A stretch of 64,000 nt of DNA from Eledone cirrhosa. Lineage: Eukaryota. The notes beneath the pieces were generated by a model. It was not told the DNA's origin and did no database searches. It was given only the letters and a program-made list of their open reading frames with translations. Numbering within the stretch: the stretch's first letter is position 1; the number at the start of each line of letters is the position of its first letter. Shown piece by piece: positions 54,176 through 64,000 of this stretch. The stretch is from assembly GCA_964016885.1 (NCBI GenBank), contig OZ024744.1:112530001-112594000 (forward strand). The letters are read 5' to 3'. A program made the translations under genes and the position numbers.

Positions 54176-54458
54176 TGTTGAACAAACGAGCAACGATGGT
54201 TGCTGGACACTACGGCTTAATACGGGATGTTTGTTTACAAACACACCGAGCATTACAACTGTACGTCTGTATACATATATGTATGTACGTATACATACTT
54301 ATATTTAAGTAACAGCCGTACTAAGAGTGGGAAATGAAATTTCGTTTCATTTTTTCCGTTTATTGTTTTCGGTGCACCCGGCCGATTAACCCACTCGATA
54401 TGAAAATTGGGCTACTCAGCCGTTAATATGCATAAGGTAAGTATATACGTTCAACAAT

Positions 54459-54527
54459 CTGGCAGGAAGGTATATGTTGCTGACGATAGCTAATAAGCTT
54501 GAAACTAGTACAGCGTTCCTTTGTCAG
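54459..54527 (+). ncRNA. Family-A hammerhead
   Basis: Same fold as 54107-54175. Confidence 0.9.
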
Positions 54528-54904
54528 TGTTGGACACTACGGCTTAATACGGGATGTTTTTTTACAAACACACCGAGCATTATAATAAATGTTCGGTGAA
54601 TCCATACGTACATATATATATGTGTGTGCATGTATGTATATATATATATACATACTACTGTACGTCTGTATACATATATGTATGTACGTGTACATACATA
54701 TATATGTGAATTTATGGATATATGGATATATGTATGTATATGTTTAAATATATATATGTGTTTGTGTGTGTGTGTGTATGTGTGCGTGTATATATATATA
54801 TGTATATATATATATGTATATATATGTGTATATATATGTATGTATATAAATGTATATATGTGTATATATATGCATGTATGTGTGTATGTGTGTATATGTA
54901 TGTA

Positions 54905-54936
<32 letters not shown>

Positions 54937-55038
54937 GTGAGCTTATAGATCGAACACACGGTGTATTTTCGTGGGGTAAGTTTTGATTAATATGTATGTA
55001 TATATATGTATATATGTGTATATATATGTGTGTATGTG

Positions 55039-55078
<40 letters not shown>

Positions 55079-55481
55079 TATGTATAGCGCGCTTATAGAT
55101 CGAACAACACAGTGTTTTCTTGGGGTAAGTTTTGATATATTTTGTATTCTGAAACATCAAAATACAACAAATTTTTGCTCTCTGGACTCGGGTTTTCATA
55201 TATTTTACATTTTTATTTATATTTTTATTTATATTTTTATTTACATTTTACATTTTACATTTACTTACATCTCAATATAACATGGCTAAAATTAAAATTC
55301 AAATTTTGAAAAGACAAGAAAACGGACAAATGAACTAGATACTTCTTACTGTCCCCCACCCGCCAACACCACAATAACGTCTACACTCTCTCCCCACCAC
55401 CACATTTACATTTACACAAGTCATTACCCTATCTAGACTAAGGTCACTGACCTGTTGCCAAACTCTCTACTCTGTGTTGAA

Positions 55482-55527
<46 letters not shown>

Positions 55528-55529
55528 TA

Positions 55530-55873
55530 AACGGAAAAAATGACACGAAATTTCATTTCCCACTCTTAGTACGGCTGTTACTTAAATATAAGTCTGTATA
55601 CGTACATACATATATATATACAGACGTACAGTAGTATGTATATATACATACATGCACACATATATATATGTACGTATGGATTCACCGAACATTTATTATA
55701 ATGCTCGGTGTGTTTGTAAACAAACATCCCGAATTAAGCCGTACAGTGTCTAGCAACCATCGTTGCTCATTTGTTCAACACTGACAAAGGAACGCTGTAC
55801 TAGTTTCAAGCTTATTAGCTATCGTCAGCAACGTTTACCTTCCTGCCAGATGATTGAACGTCTGAAAGTATAT
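55530..55873 (-). mobile_element. Retrozyme-like family A monomer
   Basis: Reverse complement of the 54093-54700 unit. Confidence 0.85.
55781..55849 (-). ncRNA. Family-A hammerhead
   Basis: cgttg-CTGACGA-tagctaataagctt-GAAA-ctag-TA-cagcg. Confidence 0.9.
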
Positions 55874-56290
55874 ACATCACAACTTACAATTAAGGACAAA
55901 ATGAAAACACACACACAGAACAAACAACCAACCAGTAACAAGTAAATAAACAAATAAATAAACAAATAAATAAACAAATAAAAACACACACATACACCCG
56001 GATGTAACACATGCGCAAACTAAGCACACAACACACAGGAAAACAATATGGCGTAGGACAGAACAAAGGAGAGGCACAAAACAAAGAAAAGAATCCCCAG
56101 TCACTGAAGAGGTCATAGAATGTGCGACGAAAGAACTTTGACAATATATGAACAATCGTCTGGTTGTGGAACTAACCAACCAACCGGAAATTTATAAATT
56201 CCTAAATTTATAAATTTAAGTTATAATAAATTGGAGTGAAAGCAACTGGTGCATGTGTTTCTTATTGGCAACATGACCCTCCCAAAGTAT

Positions 56291-56297
<7 letters not shown>
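55874..56297 (+). mobile_element. Solo PLE pseudo-LTR (family of 31597-32010)
   Basis: Reverse complement of 31597-32010. Confidence 0.88.
56099..56142 (+). ncRNA. Minimal hammerhead in pseudo-LTR
   Basis: agtca-CTGAAGA-ggtcatagaatgtgcgac-GAAA-gaac-TT-tgac. Confidence 0.75.
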
Positions 56298-56373
<76 letters not shown>

Positions 56374-56589
56374 TCAGCAAAACGACCAACTTTCAACCCC
56401 AACATCAACAACAACAACACCGGCACCAATGTCTACAGCAACAACAGCTTCAGAATGAAATGAAATGACTAACATTTACAACAACTGCGGCATCAAAACG
56501 ATTAAAAAATAAAAATAAAACACATCAACTGCCACCACCACCACCACCACCATCACCAGCGATCGGGCCTTAAGAAAACAACAACTATA

Positions 56590-56778
56590 ATAATTGTTTC
56601 TACTTTTGGCACAAGGCCAGCAATTACCCAGTGCATTACTGGTACTTTATTTTATCGGACCCCGTAAGGATGAAAGGCAAAGTTAACCTCGGCGGGATTT
56701 GAACTCAGACTGGCAAAGACCGTAACTCTATGCGTCAAAGCATGGCGTCCGACCCTCTACCGATACTGCCAATCCATC
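56590..56778 (-). mobile_element. tRNA-derived SINE
   Basis: Reverse complement of the 7510-7702 family. Confidence 0.88.
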
Positions 56779-56789
56779 GAATAATGATT

Positions 56790-57925
56790 TCATTTATTAG
56801 CCACAAGGGCCGGCATGTAGAGGACAATACAAAGACAGGGACAGGGGGGGGGGGCTTACAATAAGGTCGAGTAAAAGTGCACAATGGCAAGACTAATTTA
56901 ACAATGAAGATATAAAAAAATATAAAATAAATAATGCATAAATATAACAAAATAAATTCCCCTATAGGGGGTGGACGACCCAGGGGTGACTCAGGTACCC
57001 CATCAATCCTGAACCACCCTGCGCTTCTAGGGTATCCAGGGAGAGCACCCCTCTCCTCAAGTTAGCTAGCCTATAGGCGCATGGTCAGAGTAGGCCCATT
57101 CACACCGATCATTCTCGCCACATTCATCTACCTTTTAGCAAATGTACTGGGGTGGGGGTGGGGGCAGAGCAGCACTTCTCTCCCCACACTCCTTTCCAAG
57201 TGAAACTTGAAGAAGTTGATGAGGGATTGGCCGAAGAGAAAAGTGTCTGTCTTCAGTCCTTTCAATCTGGTCCACCATATAACCTCTTTCGCAACGGCCA
57301 CCAGACAGAGGAAAATTTCCTGCCCTTCTTGGCCAAAGGAAAGCGGCGGGTCGAACTTCACTATGGACTCGGCCGATAGCCGTATTCGTTCCACACGCGA
57401 CAGTAGCTGTTCGACATAACTCCACAAGTCAGTAATGCACGGACACTGGACAAGTGTGTGCAGAACGGTTTCGTCGCTCTGTGCGCATCTTGGGCAGTTC
57501 CGTCTGACAGCACTTCCGTGCCTGTAGAGTTTATCCCGAACCGGCAGTGCCTCCCGGTAGCACTGCCAAGCGAGGGATTTCTGGAAATTGTCCATCGTAC
57601 CCGACTAGAAAGTCCTCCGGTACAGACTGGTCAGTTCGACTTCGTCGAGGCCCAAATCTTCTCCGAGTGCGTCATCACACTTGCCCACCACTAATCCTCT
57701 ATAGAACTCGAGATTGGAAGTTCCACTGATCGCATTGCTCGCTTGGTAGAGGGCAGTGAGTGCCTGGCAACATTCCAGGTGCCAGTCACCCAGTCTCGGT
57801 CTCTTCTTGACCCAGGACTGCAGCTCAGTCAAAGAAATGAGCTGCGGAAAGGCCCGTCTGATAAACGGCGACCACACCTGTTCACCGTTGAGGCAGAATA
57901 TCTGGAGATGTCGCAGCCTCAGCAA
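56790..57925 (-). mobile_element. Tx1/L1-like LINE 3' fragment
   Basis: MDNFQKSLAWQCYREALPVRDKL...CPRC...ETVLH (zf-RVT-like); paralogous to 60500-61570. Confidence 0.85.
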
Positions 57926-57929
57926 CAAT

Positions 57930-58055
57930 AATAATTTTTCTGCTTTTTACACAGAGCCAGCGATTGTCCCAGCGCATTACTGGTACTCTCTTTTATCGAC
58001 TTCGTGGGCATGAAAGGCAAGGTTTTCCTCGGCGGGATTTGAACTCGGAGCGTGG
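57930..58055 (-). mobile_element. Partial SINE
   Basis: tgaaaggcaaggttttcctcggcgggatttgaactc matches the SINE family. Confidence 0.75.
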
Positions 58056-58183
58056 GGGGGGGGGGCGTGTCTCTATGCTGTAAAGCAATTATAATAATAC
58101 TGAACAGTAACACGAACGGCTTCAATTATACGAACTCTTTCCAAAGTCAACAGTTGACATAATCTTGTATCAGTAATGACGGT

Positions 58184-58219
<36 letters not shown>

Positions 58220-58639
58220 AGTGGCGTGTGAGTGTTTGTTTGTATGCATGAGTGTTGGTGTGCGTGTGTGTGTATGTCGTACGTATCAGTGTCAATAAGT
58301 GAGTTGTTTCTTTTTTCATGCGCGGGGACATAGAAATAATCGGGCTGGATACCCGATCGCGCAGTTAAACCACTGGGAGTGAAGGACCCCTAACTCTTGT
58401 CAGGGCATTCTTCTAGGAGAAGGCATCTCAGGAAACTGGGTTTACTCCGACATAAAACCTTCGGCTCAGTAGTTACCGATGATGTTGATCTTTTCTTCTT
58501 TTCGGGTTATAGCTACTGTCGCTCAGAGAGTGGGATTGGCTCAGTGCACAGTCTTTCCTCACTTTAAAAATATTCTTCACGCACAGGCATTGCACGAGTG
58601 CATTAATAATTATTAATAGTGTACTATTATCTGATCTGT

Positions 58640-61571
58640 ATTGTTGACTTAGATAGGCTTCATAGACAAGGTCCCGGCTACTGGAAGCTAAACGCGTCAT
58701 TAACAGCGCGCAAGGCCTACAGAGACCGGATTAGCGAACTAGTTAAGCGGGCGTTGACGGGGGCCATCGTCAACAACAAGTGGTGGTTTGCTCTGAAAAG
58801 AGCGATTAGAATAGAATCCATTAGGTTTAGTAAGGCTTTAGCAATAGAGAAAAATAGAGCAGAGGGAGAACTAGTTAGAAAAATTAGACGAGGCGCTTAA
58901 CAAAAGCATCGCGACCGACGTACTTGCGGCGAAATTGGCCCTTGACCAATTCTTCAATGCAAAGCACGAAGGCTGCGTTGTCAGAGCAAGGGTGCGTGCT
59001 CTCAGACACGAGGGGACGAAAGCCGTTCAATGGGCCCGAATGGCGGAGGCGCGTCGTGGCAACAAAGCCACGATCTGGTCTTTGGTGGACCACGACGGGC
59101 GCATGCTACTCGATCCCGAGCAAATGTGTGGAGCTTTTTAGCGACACTTCGCTCAGCTGTTCGGGGGCAGCGACTGGCCGGATCGAGGGATGGACTTTAG
59201 TGTCTACCTCGACGGACTGCCGCAGCTCTCGACCACTGAGGCGAGGTGTTGCGAAAAGCCGATAACAGCAGCTGAAATACGGGAGGCAATGACTGGCTGC
59301 ATAAGGGGTAAATCGCCAGGTTTGGATGGTCTGCCCTATGAACTTTACGTACAAATGCCAGACTTGTTCGGAGGCCTCTTGGCGGACGTCTACTGCAACT
59401 GGCAACAGAACGGGAGAATTCCCAGCTCTGTGAGCCGAGGAGCGGTGGCACTGCTGAAAAAGGATTCGAACAAGGGGGATAACATAGATAATTTCAGGAC
59501 CATAACTCTTTTAAACACAGAGTTAAAAATTTTGGCCAAGGGGCTAGCAAAGAGGTTGGCGCTTGTCGTTGGTGGTCTGGTGGGAGAGGCGCTGACATGC
59601 GCCATTCCCGACAGATCCATCCACGACAACCTCCACCTCATGCGATACATCGTGGAGAGGGTAGCTAGGGAACCTGGCACGGGTGGGTCCTTGATCAATT
59701 TAGATCAGTCGAAAACTTTCGATAGGGTTATCTGGCGGCAGTCCTGAGGGCGGCTGGCTTTGGGCCCGTCTTCTGAGGCTGGATCGCTGCCATGCACAGC
59801 GACATCTGCTCTGTGGTGAAAGTGAACGGTCACCTTTCGGAACCGTTCAACATCATGCGCTCAGTCCGCCAAGGATGTCCCCTCTCGTCCCTCTTGTACG
59901 TATTGGCTCTCGAGCCATTACTGCACAAACTGGAGACGTTGAGGGGGGTCCCGCGCGAACTAGGATGCGGAAGATCCGTCAGCATATGCGGACGATGTCA
60001 CCGTAGTGGTGTCGAACGCCAAATACATCGAGGCGATCGGCACTACACTAAGAGAATACGAAGCGGTGACAGGAGCAATGATCAACCAGGAAAAGTCAGT
60101 GGGCCTGCAGCTCGGCACCTGGAGAGGCAGGTCCATGCAGTCCAACAACGTCGTCGGGCGCTGGACGGACGGACCGGTTAAATTGCTAGGGGTCTGGTTC
60201 GGTCCGGACCTCTAGACGGACAAAAACTGGGACGAGGTGACGAACAGGGTGGCTTCTCTCACCCAGAAATGGGCGGAGAGGAAGCTATCCCTGAAAGATC
60301 AAGTGGAGGTGGCTAACGCGTGCATCGCGCCCGTCATCTACTACCGCCTGACCGTCGTACATTGTCCTAAGCCTCGCCTGACTGCGCTGGGGCGTTTGCT
60401 CTTTCGTTTTTTGTGGAAGGGACGCGCTCCGATAGTCAGGCGGTCCATCTGCTGTCAACACCCGCTACGTGGAGGGCTGGGCATGCCGTGGCTGATGATG
60501 TGCAGACACGCGCTCAGGCTACGACATCTCCACCTCTTCCTCGACGGTGATCAGGTGTGGTCGCAGTTTGCTAGACGCGTCTTTCCCCAGCTTGTCTCCT
60601 TGACGGAGCTGCAGTCCTGGGTCAAGCGAAGACCGAGAGGGAGCGCCTGGAGACTGGAATGTCTTCAGGCGCTCACAGCCCTCGACCAATCGGGCAATGT
60701 GATCGGTGGAAACTCCACCTTGGCGTTCTATAGAGGATTGGTGGAGGGGAAGAGCGACGACGTACTTGGGGAAACTCTAGGCGTCGATGAAAATCAACTA
60801 GCCAATCTCTTCGGAAGAACTTTCGGGCCGGGGCCTATGGATAACTTCCAGAAATCCCTGGCCTGGCAGTGCTACCGAGGAGCCTTGCCAGTTCGGGATA
60901 AACTCTACAGGCATGGTGGTGCCGTCAGCCGGGCATGTCCGAGATGCGCGCAGGGCGACGAAACCGTCCTGCAGGCACTCGTCCAGTGACCGAGCATTGC
61001 TGACTTGTGGGTTTATGTCGAACACCTGCTGTCACGTGTAGGACGGATCCAGCTATCAGCTGATTCCATCGTGAGGATTGCCCCGCCTTCTTCCTTTAGC
61101 CGGGAAGGGCAGGCAGTTTTTATCTGTCTGGTGGCCATGGCGAAAGAGATAGTATGGTGGACACGTTTGAAAAGGCTGAAGACGAGCACTTGCCTCTTCG
61201 GTGATGCCCTGGTTAACTTTTTCAAATTTCATTTGAAAAGGAAAATCAGGGTAGAGAGGGAAGTGCTCTCTTCCCAGCATTTTGTTGAAAGATGGGTGAG
61301 AGAAGCAAGTATGGCCCGAGTATGTGACTGTAAATTAAAGGTAGAAAACTGGGAGAGGCCACTTGACCTTGTGGTCAGGGTCACTGTGCCCTTTTAATGG
61401 GCTTTCTCCACAAATGTCCCTCGGAAGTCTCCCCCCTATTGGGGAATTTTTTTGTTACATCCTCTGTTTTTGTTTTTTTACACGCAGAAATGCCCATTTG
61501 TACCGTCCTGTATTGTCCTGTACTGTCCTTAATGTCTTCTTTAGGTAAACCCTTGTGGTTAATAAAGAAAG

Positions 61572-61608
<37 letters not shown>

Positions 61609-61610
61609 GG
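58640..61610 (+). mobile_element. Tx1/L1-like LINE (5'-truncated RT + Zn finger), frameshifted
   Basis: GPGYWKLNASL, KSPGLDGLPYE, NFRTITLLNTELKIL, SVRQGCPLS, AYADDV, CPRC; AATAAA then (ATT)n tail. Confidence 0.9.
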
Positions 61611-61669
61611 GTAATTGCTGGCCTTGTGCCTAAAGTAGAAACAATTATTATTATTATTATTACAGCTGC

Positions 61670-64000
61670 ATTTATCTTGCTTTATGTTCATACGAGTTAT
61701 CACCAAGTCACAACAAGGTCCGCCATGTTCAACAAAGAACATACATACTCACACATGCATCTTTAGGTGTTTAGGCTTGTGATGTACTTATATTGACAGA
61801 ATCTTCCTTAGTATATGGGCAGTTCCCATTAGTACTATCTTTTGTATTTCTCCTATACGCGGGTTTCCTGGGATTTGCGATAAGTAATCATTAGACCCCT
61901 TAGGTATCATTCCCAGAGCGCCTACAACCACTGGTATTGTTTTAGTTCTCAATTACCACATTTTTCTAATTTCTATCTCCAGGTCCTTATACTTGCTCAA
62001 TTTTTCAAATGTTTTTATAGATACATTCTTGTCTATTGGAACAGACATATCAATTAGCAGGCATACCCTCTTTTTAAATTCCTTCAATATTATATCAGGT
62101 CTATTTGCATCTATTTTTCGGTCTGTTTGGATGCTAAAGTTCCACAAGATTGAGATGTGATCTTTTTCAAGTATGGGAGGTGGTTGATGCTCCCACCAAT
62201 TCTTTTGATGGGGCAGGGCAAAATGCTTACACATTATCCAATGTATGTATTGTGCAGCTCTGTCATGCCTGTTTAGGTATTCGGTTGGAGCTATAGGACT
62301 GCACATTGAAATTATATGGTCAATGGTCTCTGGTTGTTTTTTGCATACACGGCATAATGGGCTGCATCCATTTTTTATTATGTTGGCTTGGTAATTTTTT
62401 GTTGGCAGACACTGATCTTGTGCTGATATAATCAGTCCTTCAGTCTCCGATTTCAGTCCAGAGGATGCCAACCACTGATGAGTTAAAGTTTTGTCAACAT
62501 CAGGATTGTTAGCTCGCTCTGGGTATTTTCCATACAGAGGCTTTTCTTGCCATTTCTTAGCCAGTTTCTGTAGCAGTTCTTTCTTTGCAGTTACTTTTAC
62601 CTGCTTTGCTTTTTCTGTGTTTTCCATTTCAGCAGTAAATGGGACTTCTGAAATTTGTAGTCCATTACTGTATCTTTTGTAATGGAATATGATCTTTTGA
62701 TGCTTTCGTATTTCAAAACGAGTTTGATCATCCAATCATGTGATTCCCTTAGATATGTAGATAATCCAATTGTTGCAGTTTTCAACGCAATGTCTAACTG
62801 GATTAACCCACGTCCTCCTTCTTTCCTAGGGAGATATATTCTATCTATATCTGCCTTAGGGTGATGCATTCTGTGCATGGTTAAGAATTTTCGAATTTTT
62901 GTATCGATATTTGTAAGTTTTTTCTTGATCAAGTTCTCTTATCACGTTCCCCCGATCAAGATTAATGTCTGAACTCTTCAGCAGCTTTCCTCTGGTGAAC
63001 GTTGCTTTGGCGCATTTATCTAGTCCAAACTCCATTTTAATGTCATCACTGAACTGCTCCACAGTGGATAATAGCCCTTGCAATTGTTCATCATTTTTTG
63101 CAAATAGTTTCAGGTCATCCATGTAGAACAGGTGATTAATGGTTTTGTCATAGACTTTATATCCATGTTTTGTTTCATTGAGCATTTTACTTAATGGTAT
63201 AAGTGCGATGCAGAATAAAAGCGGTGATAAAGAGTCACCCTGAAAAATTCCACAATTAATATTAACTTCTCCAGCTTCCAGTGATTTTGTTTCATTATTC
63301 AAAAGGAGTGTCGTTTTCCATGTCTTCATACTGAATGACAAAAACCTCCTGACAACGGGGGATATTTTGAAAATCTCTAAACATTTTTCAATCCAACTGT
63401 GTGGCAAACTATCGAATGCTTTTTTATAATCTATCCAAGCATTCGATAGATTTTTGTGTCTATTATGACAATCTTCCAGTATCATTTTGTTAACCAGAAG
63501 CTGATCCTTACAGCCATATGAGCCTCGTTTACACCCTTTCTGCTCAATGGGAAATACGTCATTTGTTATCAGGTGGTCATATGTGTATTCAGTTAGGACT
63601 GATGTTAAAATGTTATACATTGTGGTCAAGCAAGTTATCGGTCTGTAATTTTTGGGATTGTTTGTCTCATCATTCTTCGGAAGCAGGAATGTAATGCCGT
63701 TAACTAGCCATGATGGTATCTTTTCTGGCCCCTTAACTATTTCATTGTAAAGTTGGGCTAACAGCTCATGAGACTCTGTGAAGGCATTTATCCAAAAGTT
63801 TTGTATTTTGTCTTTTCCTGGGGATTTCCATTTGCTGGTTTTTCTTAGAGCCAAGCGCAACTGTTCAACTATTATATTTTCCCATATTTGTTCCTCAAGG
63901 TGAGCTGTATCTTTCATTTGTCTGTCTATCCATGGGGCATGTATGTTATGAACTTTTTCTTCGGCCCAGATCTTTTCCCAGAATTCTTGCACTTCCTCCT
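61670..64000 (-). mobile_element. R4/Dong-like non-LTR retrotransposon (RT + CCHC + restriction-like endonuclease), runs off window
   Basis: WKSPGKD, YRPITCL, GIFQGDSLSPLLF, HLFYMDDLK, CRVC..ETIDH, RHD, RPDII; 3' end abuts (TAA)n. Confidence 0.92.

Larger units (their letters stand above)
54093..54700 (+). mobile_element. Retrozyme-like family A tandem (352-nt core-to-core spacing)
   Basis: Direct repeat with two near-identical HHRs, no ORF, set in TA/TG microsatellite. Confidence 0.85.

Overview
AT-rich, repeat-saturated animal genomic DNA. The tRNA-derived SINEs and TA/TG microsatellite load resemble octopus or another cephalopod (inference). Almost all of it is decayed mobile elements: a Ty3/gypsy LTR element nested in a Tc1, RTE, R4/Dong-like, Tx1/L1-like and CR1-like LINEs, a non-autonomous Helitron, SINEs, a 32-bp minisatellite born inside an RTE ORF, and at least six Penelope-like (PLE) RT/GIY-YIG copies. 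I found only one candidate host exon. The main signal missed by the ORF track is about 24 type I hammerhead ribozyme (HHR) motifs, plus one degenerate one, from more than 10 sequence families. They lie in PLE pseudo-LTRs and in non-coding 316-435 nt tandem units (retrozyme-like). Several have variant cores (TTGATAA, CCGAAGA, U-U at 10.1/11.1, very long stem II), and several fold-back inversions break inside the ribozyme stems. All folds were read by eye and no activity is demonstrated.
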